From assembly GCA_964484435.1 (NCBI GenBank), contig CAZAGL010000001.1, forward strand, positions 1 to 35,930: 35,930 bases of DNA, in the 5' to 3' direction. Within the stretch, counting starts at the first letter, position 1. Each line of letters starts with the position of its first letter. This DNA comes from an uncultured Caulobacteraceae bacterium. Lineage in GTDB: Bacteria > Pseudomonadota > Alphaproteobacteria > Caulobacterales > Aquidulcibacteraceae. The notes under the pieces are model-generated. The model worked only from the letters and a program-made list of their open reading frames with translations. It ran no database searches and was not told the DNA's origin. Shown one piece after another: positions 26,151 to 34,205 of this stretch. Both the position numbers and the translations under genes were made by a program.

Positions 26151-28064
26151 ATGGGAGGAATGAGGATGCCCCACCAATCGCACCCCGTGCGGCTTGGCCT
26201 TTTTGCCCTGCTGGCCATGCTGGCCTTGACCGGCTTCAGCCTCAACGCGCGCGCCGCCGCCATCGATCGGTTCGAGCCGGCCTCCTGGTGGATCGGCTTC
26301 AAGGACCCTTCCCTGCAAATCCTGGTGCATGGGCCAAAGATCGGGGCGCTGACGCCAAAACTGGATTATCCCGGCGTCAAGCTTATCGGCGCAACGCCCG
26401 GGGCCAATGCCAATTACCTGTTCATCGATCTGGAAATCAGCCCCAATGCCAAGCCGGGCCTTGTCGAGATCGCCTTCCAGCGCAAGGGCCGCACGCTGGA
26501 ACGGCACCGGCTGGATCTGCGCGCGCGCGAGGCCGGCTCGGCTGGGCGCGCCGGCTTTGCCCCGAAAGACGCCATTTATCTGATCACGCCCGATCGCTTC
26601 GCCAATGGCGATCCCGGCAATGACAGCGTCAAGGGCCTGCGCGAAGCGGCCAATCGCGCCATCCCGGGCGGGCGCCATGGCGGCGATATCCAAGGCGTGA
26701 TCAATTCCCTCGATTACATCGAAAAAATGGGCTTCACCCAGATCTGGCTCAATCCTTTGCTGGAGAATGATCAGCCAGAATATTCCTATCACGGCTATGC
26801 CACGACGGATTTTTACAAAGTCGATCCGCGCTTTGGCAGCAATGGTGACATGCGCCGGCTCGCGGATGCGGCCAAGGCCCGCGGCATCGGCCTGATCATG
26901 GATATGATCGTCAACCATGTGGGCTCGAAGCATTGGTGGATGGCCGATCCGCCCGGGCCCGATTGGATCAATTTCGGGGGCAAGTTTTCCCAGACCAGCC
27001 ATTTGCACATCACGCAAATGGATCCTTACGTGACGCAGCGCGATGCCAAGCAATTCTCCGATGGCTGGTTTGTCGAGGTCATGCCCGATCTCAATCAACG
27101 CGATCCGCATCTGGCCAAATATCTGATCCAGAACAGCATCTGGTGGATCGAATATGCTGGGCTTTCTGGCATCCGCATGGATACCTATCCCTATCCAGAC
27201 AAGGCGTTCATGAGCGATTGGTCCGGCCGGATCAACGCGGAATATCCCAATTTCACGATCGTGGGCGAAGAATGGGTGCGCAATCCGGCCATGGTGGCCT
27301 ATTGGCAAAAGGGCCATGTCAACAAGGATGGATATGTTTCTTATCTGCCCAGCCTGATGGATTTCCCTTTGCAGGATATGATGCGTCAGGCTTTGATCGA
27401 GGAAGAACAGCAATGGCCCGCGAGCGGCCTGTTCAAGCTCTATGAGGCGCTGGCCAATGATTTCGTCTACACCGATCCGGGCAAGCTGGTGGTGTTTCCC
27501 GATAATCACGATATGGATCGCATCCTGAAACAAATGGGCGGCGATATCGCTTTGGCGAAGATGGCGCTGGGCTATGTGGCCACGGTGCGCGGCATCCCGC
27601 AGATTTATTACGGCACCGAAGTGCTGATGACCAATCCCGGCCCCAAGGATGACGGCATCATCCGCAGCGATTTTCCCGGCGGATTTGTGGGCGATCGCGT
27701 CAATGCCTTTACCGGGGCCGGCCTATCGCCCGAGCAGCGCGATTTCCAGGAATTCACCCGCATATTGCTGAATTGGCGCAAGGCCAATCCGGCCTTGATG
27801 GAAGGGCGGCTGCTGCATTACGCGCCCAATGCCGGCGATGCGCGCCGCAAGGGTGTCTATGTGCTGGCCCGGCAAAGCACCGATGATGGCGTGCTGATCG
27901 CCATCAACAAGGACACAGCGCCCAAATCCCTGCCCATCGGCGAATATGCGCAGGCGCTGCGCGGCAAAACCAGCGGGCGCGACATCCTCACCGGCAAGCG
28001 CATGGATCTCACCCGCACGTTGGATCTGCCGGCGCGGGCCATCACCATCATCGATCTGGATTGA
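26151..28064 (+). CDS. Exported GH13 alpha-amylase-family enzyme (cyclomaltodextrinase/alpha-amylase-like with a Cyc-maltodext_N-type N-terminal domain)
   Basis: The signal peptide is 'VRLGLFALLAMLALTGFSLNARA-AA'. The GH13 regions are intact: 'DMIVNHVG', 'GIRMDTYPY' (nucleophile Asp), 'GEEW' (acid/base Glu) and 'FPDNHDMDR'. Candidate starts are ATG 26151, 26160 and 26166, and a GGAGGAA at 26154-26160 favours 26166. The track ORF start at 25842 overlaps the upstream gene and is rejected. Confidence 0.85.
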   Translation: MGGMRMPHQSHPVRLGLFALLAMLALTGFSLNARAAAIDRFEPASWWIGFKDPSLQILVHGPKIGALTPKLDYPGVKLIGATPGANANYLFIDLEISPNAKPGLVEIAFQRKGRTLERHRLDLRAREAGSAGRAGFAPKDAIYLITPDRFANGDPGNDSVKGLREAANRAIPGGRHGGDIQGVINSLDYIEKMGFTQIWLNPLLENDQPEYSYHGYATTDFYKVDPRFGSNGDMRRLADAAKARGIGLIMDMIVNHVGSKHWWMADPPGPDWINFGGKFSQTSHLHITQMDPYVTQRDAKQFSDGWFVEVMPDLNQRDPHLAKYLIQNSIWWIEYAGLSGIRMDTYPYPDKAFMSDWSGRINAEYPNFTIVGEEWVRNPAMVAYWQKGHVNKDGYVSYLPSLMDFPLQDMMRQALIEEEQQWPASGLFKLYEALANDFVYTDPGKLVVFPDNHDMDRILKQMGGDIALAKMALGYVATVRGIPQIYYGTEVLMTNPGPKDDGIIRSDFPGGFVGDRVNAFTGAGLSPEQRDFQEFTRILLNWRKANPALMEGRLLHYAPNAGDARRKGVYVLARQSTDDGVLIAINKDTAPKSLPIGEYAQALRGKTSGRDILTGKRMDLTRTLDLPARAITIIDLD

Positions 28065-28078
28065 ACCTGGAGGCTAAC

Positions 28079-30181
28079 ATGCAAAGACGCTCGCTGTTGA
28101 TGGGCATGAGTGCGGCGGGCGCGCTGCTCGCTGCCGGCTCGGCCTTCGCGCAGACGACTGGCCCGCTGGAAGTTTCCTCGCCTGGCGGGGTGCTCAGCGT
28201 GCGCATCGGCTTTGGCGTGGCCAATATCGACACGGGCATCCCAACCTACGAAGTGCGGCGCTTTGGCCGCGCCGTGGTGAGCCCATCCAAGCTCGGCTTT
28301 CGCCTGGCCGATGCCCCCATCCTGGCCCCCGACATGGCCGTGACGCAGGTGGAGCGCCGCAGCGTCGACAACACCTGGGAACAGCCCTGGGGCGAAAAGC
28401 GCTTCATCCGCAATCATTTCAATGAATTGGCCATCACCTTCACCGAAACCACGGCCCTGAAGCGCAGCATGCGCGTGGTGTTCCGGGTTTATGACGATGG
28501 CATCGGCATGCGCTACGAACTGCCCGATCAGCCCAATCTCAAGAACGCGCTGATCACCGAGGAGCTGACGGAGTTTCGCTTCACCGAGGATGCCACGGCC
28601 TGGTGGATCCCCGCGCGCCAGCCCAATCGCTATGAATACCTCTACAACACCACCCCGCTCGATGAATTGTTCATGGCCCACACGCCGGTGACCATGCGCA
28701 CCCAGGATGGCCTGCATATCAGCATCCACGAGGCGGCCTTGGTGGATTACGCCGCCATGGTCCTGCGCCGCACCGGCAAACACACCTTCCAAGCCGATCT
28801 GACGCCCTGGTCCGATGGCATCCGGGTGCGGGCCAAAACGCCCTTTGTCACACCCTGGCGCACCTTGCAGATCGCCGATACGGCGGGCGGGCTGATCACC
28901 TCCTATCTGATCCTCAACCTCAATGAGCCCAACGCGCTCGGGGATGTTTCCTGGGTGGAGCCCGGCAAGTATGTCGGTGTGTGGTGGGAGATGCATCTCG
29001 GCACGGGCACTTGGGGCTCTGGCCCCAAGCACAGCGCCAATACCGCCAATGTCAAACGCTATATCGATTTCGCGGCCGAGCACGGCTTTTCGGGCGTGCT
29101 GGTTGAGGGTTGGAATATCGGCTGGGATGGCGATTGGTATCGCGAGGGCGGCAGCGCCTTCGAATTTGCACAGCCCTATCCCGATTTCGATCTGCCCGAA
29201 TTGGCGCGCTATGCCAAAGCCCGCAAGGTGCGCCTGATCGGCCATCACGAAACGGCGGGGAATGTCACGCGCTATGAAAGCCAATTGGCCGCCGGGCTCG
29301 ATCTCTATGAGCGCCACGGCGTGCGCGTGATCAAAACCGGCTATGTGGCCGATGCCGGGCAAATCCAGCGCGTGGATGAAAACGGTGTCACCCGGCGCGA
29401 ATACCATGACAGCCAATTCATGGCCCGCCACCATCTGCACGTGGTCAAGGAAGCGGCCAAGCGCAAGATTTCCATCAACCCGCACGAGCCGATCAAGGAT
29501 ACGGGCCTGCGCCGCACCTATCCCAATTGGGTGGCCCGCGAGGGCGCGCGCGGCCAGGAATACAATGCCTGGGGCAATCCCGGCAATCCGCCCGAGCACA
29601 CCGCCATCATCCCCTTCACGCGCATGCTGGCCGGGCCGATGGATTACACGCCCGGCGTGTTCGATCTGCTCAACACCAAGCGCGCCAACCGCGATACCCG
29701 CGTCGAAACCACTTTGGCCAAGGAATTGGCCCTTTATGTCATCCTCTATTCCCCCATCCAGATGGCCTGCGATCTGCCCGAGCATTACGAGGCCCGCATG
29801 GCCCCCTTCCAATTCATCAAGGATGTGGCCTGCGATTGGGAAGATACGCGCGTTCTCCATGCCGAAATCGGCGATTATGTCACCATCGCCCGCAAGGCAC
29901 GCAAAAGCGAGGATTGGTTCTTGGGCAGCTTGACCGATGAAACCGGGCGCCTGCTCACCGCCTCGCTCGATTTCCTGGATTTGGGCCGCATTTATAAGGC
30001 GCAAATCTATCGCGATGGGCCAAAGGCGGATTTCACCTCCGAGCCCTACGACATGGAAATCCTGGAAGGGCTGGTCACGGCGCAAACCCAATTGGCGCTG
30101 CGCCTCGCGGCCGGCGGCGGCCAGGCCATCCGCTTCACCCCCGCCAGCGCGGCCGATCGCCGCAAGCTGCGCAAGCTGTAA
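28079..30181 (+). CDS. Exported GH97 alpha-glucosidase (SusB-like)
   Basis: A Tat-type signal 'MQRRSLLMGMSAAGALLAAGSAFAQ' starts at ATG 28079, with GGAGG 5 nt upstream. GH97-typical blocks are 'GHHETAGN', 'GVRVIKTGYV', 'INPHEPIKDTGLRRTYPNWVAREGARGQEYNAW' and 'FTRMLAGPMDYTPG'. Confidence 0.88.
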   Translation: MQRRSLLMGMSAAGALLAAGSAFAQTTGPLEVSSPGGVLSVRIGFGVANIDTGIPTYEVRRFGRAVVSPSKLGFRLADAPILAPDMAVTQVERRSVDNTWEQPWGEKRFIRNHFNELAITFTETTALKRSMRVVFRVYDDGIGMRYELPDQPNLKNALITEELTEFRFTEDATAWWIPARQPNRYEYLYNTTPLDELFMAHTPVTMRTQDGLHISIHEAALVDYAAMVLRRTGKHTFQADLTPWSDGIRVRAKTPFVTPWRTLQIADTAGGLITSYLILNLNEPNALGDVSWVEPGKYVGVWWEMHLGTGTWGSGPKHSANTANVKRYIDFAAEHGFSGVLVEGWNIGWDGDWYREGGSAFEFAQPYPDFDLPELARYAKARKVRLIGHHETAGNVTRYESQLAAGLDLYERHGVRVIKTGYVADAGQIQRVDENGVTRREYHDSQFMARHHLHVVKEAAKRKISINPHEPIKDTGLRRTYPNWVAREGARGQEYNAWGNPGNPPEHTAIIPFTRMLAGPMDYTPGVFDLLNTKRANRDTRVETTLAKELALYVILYSPIQMACDLPEHYEARMAPFQFIKDVACDWEDTRVLHAEIGDYVTIARKARKSEDWFLGSLTDETGRLLTASLDFLDLGRIYKAQIYRDGPKADFTSEPYDMEILEGLVTAQTQLALRLAAGGGQAIRFTPASAADRRKLRKL

Positions 30182-30232
30182 CGCGGATGGCAACAGCCGC
30201 GCTTTGGGAATAGACATCCGCCAGGATGGAAT

Positions 30233-31390
30233 GTGAGCCTAGTGGATGCGGCGCGGATGATGTTTGGGCGAAAGGGGCAAAGCTGGCGCGCGCAAATCTT
30301 TGCCGCCGCCTTTGATTTGGGCCTGATGTTCAGTGCGGGCCTGCTCGCGCTGGCCGTTTATGCCAGCCATCTTCCGCAGGCGCGCGATTATCAGCTGGCG
30401 GCCCCGGCGAAGGCGGCCAGCCTCGCGGCGATGGATGCGGCGATCCGGGAAGCGGTGCCGCACGATCCAGAACATCTGCGCGATTTCCTGGTCAGCGCCA
30501 TCGATGCCGGGGAGAATGAGCTGGCACGCGGTGTCATGCTCAGCCTTGGGGATCCGGCCTTGCCCGATGGCCCGCGCCTGGCCCAATTCGTGGCCAGCCT
30601 GCCGCCCGCGGCCCAGGAATCGCTGCGCCTCGCGGCAGAAGAAGCGGGTAAAGGCCTGCGCGCGCGCCAAGCGGCCTTGGTGATCAGCCCCGATGGCCAG
30701 GCGGGAATCCATAGCATCGCCGCCGATACGTTGCTGGCCTTGGCCCAGCGCGCCGAGGAATGGCAGGCTGGCCAGCCCGTCGATGATTTCAATCTGAGGC
30801 TTTCCGGCTTGGATCTGGCCATTTCCGACCAACACGAGGGCATCCAGTTATTGCGGCTGGCGCGCCGGGCCGGGCGCCTCAACCCGCGATACGAAGCTCA
30901 TTGGCGCAACGCCTTGGCGCAAGCCCTGCCGGAGCCGGCCTTGCGCCGCGCCCTGGCCGCGGCGCGGGCCGATCAGGGCGATCCGCAATTTCCGGTGGAA
31001 ATCCCCAAGGCCTTCCGCGCCGCCCTCGATCCCGCTGCGGCGCAAGCCGTTTCGGCAGAATTTCAGATGCTTTCGGCGCTGCGCGCCGCGGCCCAAACCC
31101 CGGGCGCGCTCCTGCTCATCGCCCATGTGCATGCGCCGAATGACGCCGTGCGCCTGCGCCTCGCGGCCGAAATCGGCAAGGATCGGGCCGCCGCTTTGGC
31201 GCTTTTGAGTGGCCGCGAAGCCGTGCTGCGCACAATTCCGGGCACGCTGCGCAGCACGCCCGCTTTGCAGGCCATCATGGGCCTGCTGGCGGGTTGTGCG
31301 GCCTTGATGGGGATCGGCATCGCCGGATTCATCGCCTGCGAATGGCCATTTATGCGGCGCGCCAATGGCCTGGAAGAAGAATTATTCTGA
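30233..31390 (+). CDS. Hypothetical Ala/Leu-rich protein with one hydrophobic helix near each terminus
   Basis: The 385-codon ORF has GC-rich third positions. The N-terminal helix is 'IFAAAFDLGLMFSAGLLALAVYA' and the C-terminal helix is 'LQAIMGLLAGCAALMGIGIAGFIA'. I recognise no family motif. The start is uncertain (GTG 30233 or ATG 30257/30260). Confidence 0.45.
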   Translation: MSLVDAARMMFGRKGQSWRAQIFAAAFDLGLMFSAGLLALAVYASHLPQARDYQLAAPAKAASLAAMDAAIREAVPHDPEHLRDFLVSAIDAGENELARGVMLSLGDPALPDGPRLAQFVASLPPAAQESLRLAAEEAGKGLRARQAALVISPDGQAGIHSIAADTLLALAQRAEEWQAGQPVDDFNLRLSGLDLAISDQHEGIQLLRLARRAGRLNPRYEAHWRNALAQALPEPALRRALAAARADQGDPQFPVEIPKAFRAALDPAAAQAVSAEFQMLSALRAAAQTPGALLLIAHVHAPNDAVRLRLAAEIGKDRAAALALLSGREAVLRTIPGTLRSTPALQAIMGLLAGCAALMGIGIAGFIACEWPFMRRANGLEEELF

Positions 31391-31732
31391 TCAGGCGCGC
31401 AAGTATTGCAGCACCGAGTTGGGCCGCAGATTGGCGATGGAGGCGCTCTGCTCCTGCAGGCCCTGGCGCACCGAAAGCGCCAGCAGGCGCGCGGCATCGG
31501 CATTGGCCGGCGGGGAATTGGTCAGCGCCAAGGCGGCGAAGATGCTTTGCGGATCGGCGGGCGCGGGGGCATCCTCCGCCTCGATGGTATCGCGCACCGG
31601 CGCTTGCGCCTCTTGGCGCTGTGGGCGCTGGCCCGCCTGGGCGCTATCGGTTTGGGTTTGGGGGCCTGGCGGGCGCGTATCGAGCAGCCCAAGTGGGGAG
31701 AAACCTTGGGAATTGGGCCCCGTGATCGACAT
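31391..31732 (-). CDS. Small (113-aa) protein with a Pro/Gln-rich N-terminal half and a flagellin C-terminal (D0 helix)-like end
   Basis: ATG 31732 is preceded by GGAGG at 6 nt. The C-terminus 'NADAARLLALSVRQGLQEQSASIANLRPNSVLQYLRA' aligns with the C-terminus of the neighbouring flagellin, 'DADLARESARLQSLQVRQQLGAQALSIANQAPQIILSFFR'. It is the last gene of the flagellin module. Confidence 0.5.
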   Translation of the reverse strand: MSITGPNSQGFSPLGLLDTRPPGPQTQTDSAQAGQRPQRQEAQAPVRDTIEAEDAPAPADPQSIFAALALTNSPPANADAARLLALSVRQGLQEQSASIANLRPNSVLQYLRA

Positions 31733-31877
31733 GTCCAGCCTCCGACTTGAACCGGCACCATTCAGGGCCGTCGCGCGGCGAGAACACAATTAGCTCAATC
31801 GGCCATGCCAAACACCGCGCACCCCTATATGGGGGCGGCGTGGTTAAAACTTCGTTGCCCCACCCGTTCGCCGGGTG

Positions 31878-32219
31878 TCAGGCCTTGATATCCAGCCGCG
31901 CCAATTGCGCCGCACGCAGCGCCGCCGTCACCGCCCGCGCAAAGCGCAGATGGCTTTCGGACGGATACTGCGATACCGGATCGGGATCGGGCTCCAGATA
32001 GCGCTTCAGCACATAACGATTGGCCAATTGATCAATCTCGATGCGCAAGCGGGTGGACAGGCGCGCCTCCCGCAGGAGCGATTCCTGTTGCTCCGGCCGC
32101 CCGCTGGTTGGGGATTCGGGCTTTTCCAAATTTGGCGAAGGGTTTGGCCTTTGGCTATTTACCTCGGCCAGCGAAACGCCCAGGCGCGGGGCTTGGGCCG
32201 GCGATACCTCATAAGCCAT
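31878..32219 (-). CDS. flaG: FlaG-family flagellar protein
   Basis: ATG 32219 has GGAGG upstream. The 113-aa protein has a disordered N-terminal half. This is followed by 'RLRIEIDQLANRYVLKRYLEPDPDPVSQYPSESHLRFA', which fits the FlaG pattern (L.F..D......V.K..D..tgEV..Q.PsE..L). It lies immediately downstream of flagellin, the usual flaG position. Confidence 0.6.
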   Translation of the reverse strand: MAYEVSPAQAPRLGVSLAEVNSQRPNPSPNLEKPESPTSGRPEQQESLLREARLSTRLRIEIDQLANRYVLKRYLEPDPDPVSQYPSESHLRFARAVTAALRAAQLARLDIKA

Positions 32220-32271
32220 GATTTCATCCTCCTGAAGCCGTGTCTCCACTGCTGTTTCAGGACGTGGAGAC

Positions 32272-32294
32272 GGGCGGCGGGGATGCCGCCGCCC
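32272..32294 (-). terminator. GC-rich hairpin (9-bp stem GGGCGGCGG/CCGCCGCCC, 5-nt loop) just after the flagellin stop. A second 8-bp hairpin lies at 32242-32271. Likely a partial terminator or mRNA stabiliser.
   Basis: Read directly from the sequence. It lies between the flagellin stop (32312) and the flaG RBS and start (32219). No clear U-tract follows. Confidence 0.3.
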
Positions 32295-32311
32295 GCCCGG
32301 CCTTCAATCCA

Positions 32312-34012
32312 TTACCGGAAGAAGGAGAGGATGATCTGCGGTGCCTGGTTGGCGATGGAAAGCGCCTGCGCCCCGAGCTGCTGGCGAACCTGCAGCGATT
32401 GGAGGCGGGCCGATTCCCGCGCCAGATCCGCATCCACGAGGCTGCCCACCGCGACTTCCAGATTGTCGCTCAATGCGCCAAGGAAGCTTTGCTGGGTTTC
32501 GAGGCCACGGCTTTGCGCACCGAGATTGCCCAAAGCGGAATCGAAGCTCGATTGCAGCGCGGCGATAATCTGCTCCGCGCCCGAAGGATCACTGGTCAGA
32601 TCGAGCGTGCCGAGCTGCGAGAGCGCCCCACCATTGACGCGGAAATCATAACCGCGAACATTGGTGGTGCTGTTGGAAGCTTCTGTCCGCGTAATCGCCG
32701 ATTGAGCCGCCGAATTGCCCGTCAAGGTGGTGACATTGCTCGCCGGTGTCAGCGAGAAGCTGCTGACATCGCTATCCGCGGCGCGGAAGACGATCTGCCG
32801 CGTCGTGCTGTCGAAGGCAGCCGTGATCGAACCGCCCGTCCGTTCGGAAACGGAATCGAGCAATTGGCCGATGGTTTGGCTGTTATCGACCGTGAAGGTG
32901 AAGCTGTCGGTATTGCCCGCAGCCCGGGTGGCGGCCAGCGTGAAGGTGCCGGTCCGACCCGAAGAGAGCAGATCGCTGGCCAGCGTGCCGAGGCCTTGGC
33001 CGGAAGCCAGCGCCGTGAGCGCCAATTGCTGCCCGCCGCCGGTTTGACGTGAGCTGGAATTGACGGAGGTCGCGCCCAATGTGCCAGCCGCCGGCGTGCC
33101 GGTGAACTGGGCAGCATTGTTGGTGAAGAAATTGGCCCGGGCATTGACCGTGGCCAAATCATCGCTGGCACCCGCCGCGGCATCGACCGCAAGGCCGGTG
33201 CGGAAGTTCAGCGAGAAGTTCTGATTGGAATCATAAACGAGATTATCGCCATCAAAATTCAGGCTGACGCGGCCACCCGTCCGTTCGGAAACGGCATCTT
33301 GCAACGCGCCCAGATTGGCGAGGCCACCGATGCGGATTTCGATTGTCTCTGTTGTATTGCGGCTGGCATCCTGCAGATTGATAACCAGCGCATCATTGGT
33401 GCCGACTTGCACATTGGTCGCCACATTGGTGAGCGCCGCATTGGCCCCCAAGGTGTCGATGACGGTGGAGGCCGAAAGCGTCGTGGCCGCGGTAACCGTG
33501 GCATCGGCGGCATCCGCGCCCGTGGTTTGCTGCACGGTTTGCGGTGCAGCCGAACCGGTATCGGAGGTGACAACGTTGAACCCGGAAGTTTCGTTCGCGC
33601 CATTGAGCAGGTTGACGCCATTGATGGTGGCGCTGTTCAAAATCGCGTCGATCTGATTGCGGGCGGCGGCGAAGGAATCTTGCGCAGCTTGCCGATCTGT
33701 CGGGTTCGAGAAGGTCGCGGCCCGCTGGGCTTCCGTGCGCAATTGCGTCAGAATGTCCGAGACATCGCCACCGGCGCTGAGCGCCGTGTCGATGGTGTTG
33801 GTGGCGCGGCTGATGCCTTCATTAATAGCGCTGACCGAGCCGACGCGCGAACGCAGGCCCTGCGCGATGGCGAAGGCGGCACCGTCATCGCGGGCCCCAG
33901 CAACGCGCAAACCGGTGCTGATGCGGTTTTGCGTGGTGGAGAGTTCGCGATCGACGCTGTTGAGGTTTTGCAGCGCAACGAGCGCGCCGAAATTTGTATT
34001 AACGCTAGCCAT
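32312..34012 (-). CDS. fliC: Flagellin (566 aa) with a large central variable region
   Basis: The conserved flagellin N-terminus is 'MASVNTNFGALVALQNLNSVDRELSTTQNRISTGLRVAGARDDGAAFAIAQGLR'. The conserved C-terminus is 'LVDADLARESARLQSLQVRQQLGAQALSIANQAPQIILSFFR'. An AAGGGA RBS lies 7 nt upstream of ATG 34012. Confidence 0.95.
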   Translation of the reverse strand: MASVNTNFGALVALQNLNSVDRELSTTQNRISTGLRVAGARDDGAAFAIAQGLRSRVGSVSAINEGISRATNTIDTALSAGGDVSDILTQLRTEAQRAATFSNPTDRQAAQDSFAAARNQIDAILNSATINGVNLLNGANETSGFNVVTSDTGSAAPQTVQQTTGADAADATVTAATTLSASTVIDTLGANAALTNVATNVQVGTNDALVINLQDASRNTTETIEIRIGGLANLGALQDAVSERTGGRVSLNFDGDNLVYDSNQNFSLNFRTGLAVDAAAGASDDLATVNARANFFTNNAAQFTGTPAAGTLGATSVNSSSRQTGGGQQLALTALASGQGLGTLASDLLSSGRTGTFTLAATRAAGNTDSFTFTVDNSQTIGQLLDSVSERTGGSITAAFDSTTRQIVFRAADSDVSSFSLTPASNVTTLTGNSAAQSAITRTEASNSTTNVRGYDFRVNGGALSQLGTLDLTSDPSGAEQIIAALQSSFDSALGNLGAQSRGLETQQSFLGALSDNLEVAVGSLVDADLARESARLQSLQVRQQLGAQALSIANQAPQIILSFFR

Positions 34013-34084
34013 GGAATTTCCCTTCTGGGCTCAATGCGTCCAGGCCTTTTGCCGGGACGGCGCATAGGTGCGCGCCATGACCGA

Positions 34085-34100
34085 TCCAATTTCTGTGCCA
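34085..34100 (-). promoter_or_regulatory. Sigma-54-like -24/-12 element (TGGCAC-AGAAA-TTGGA) upstream of flagellin
   Basis: On the minus strand the sequence reads TGGCACagaaaTTGGa. The consensus is TGGCAC-N5-TTGC, so the -12 element is GG rather than GC. It would give a 5' UTR of about 60 nt. Flagellin genes are sigma-54/FlbD dependent in Caulobacter. It is only a near match. Confidence 0.25.
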
Positions 34101-34205
34101 AAGCGGATCAGGCCCTGAAGGTTAATCTGGCAAAGAATTTTTGTTTGAGGGCCGGGGCGACAAGTTAATGAGCATGCGCCCGGCCAAAAGGCATGCCAAG
34201 ATGCA

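Noticed and set aside
26043-27533. 496-aa minus-strand ORF
   Set aside because: It is antisense to the GH13 gene, which has all four conserved GH13 regions intact.
27857-30217. 786-aa minus-strand ORF
   Set aside because: It is antisense to the GH97 alpha-glucosidase gene, which has strong family motifs and a Tat signal. The translation is Gly/Ala/Arg/His-rich and featureless.
34122-34148. Sigma-28-like element upstream of flagellin (minus strand TCAAAC-N11-GCCAGATTAA, versus the consensus TAAA-N15-GCCGATAA)
   Set aside because: Matching the -10 GCCGATAA box requires two insertions, and the -35 match is poor. No fliA/flgM context is visible, and flaF/flbT-type systems generally do not use the enterobacterial sigma-28 flagellin promoter.
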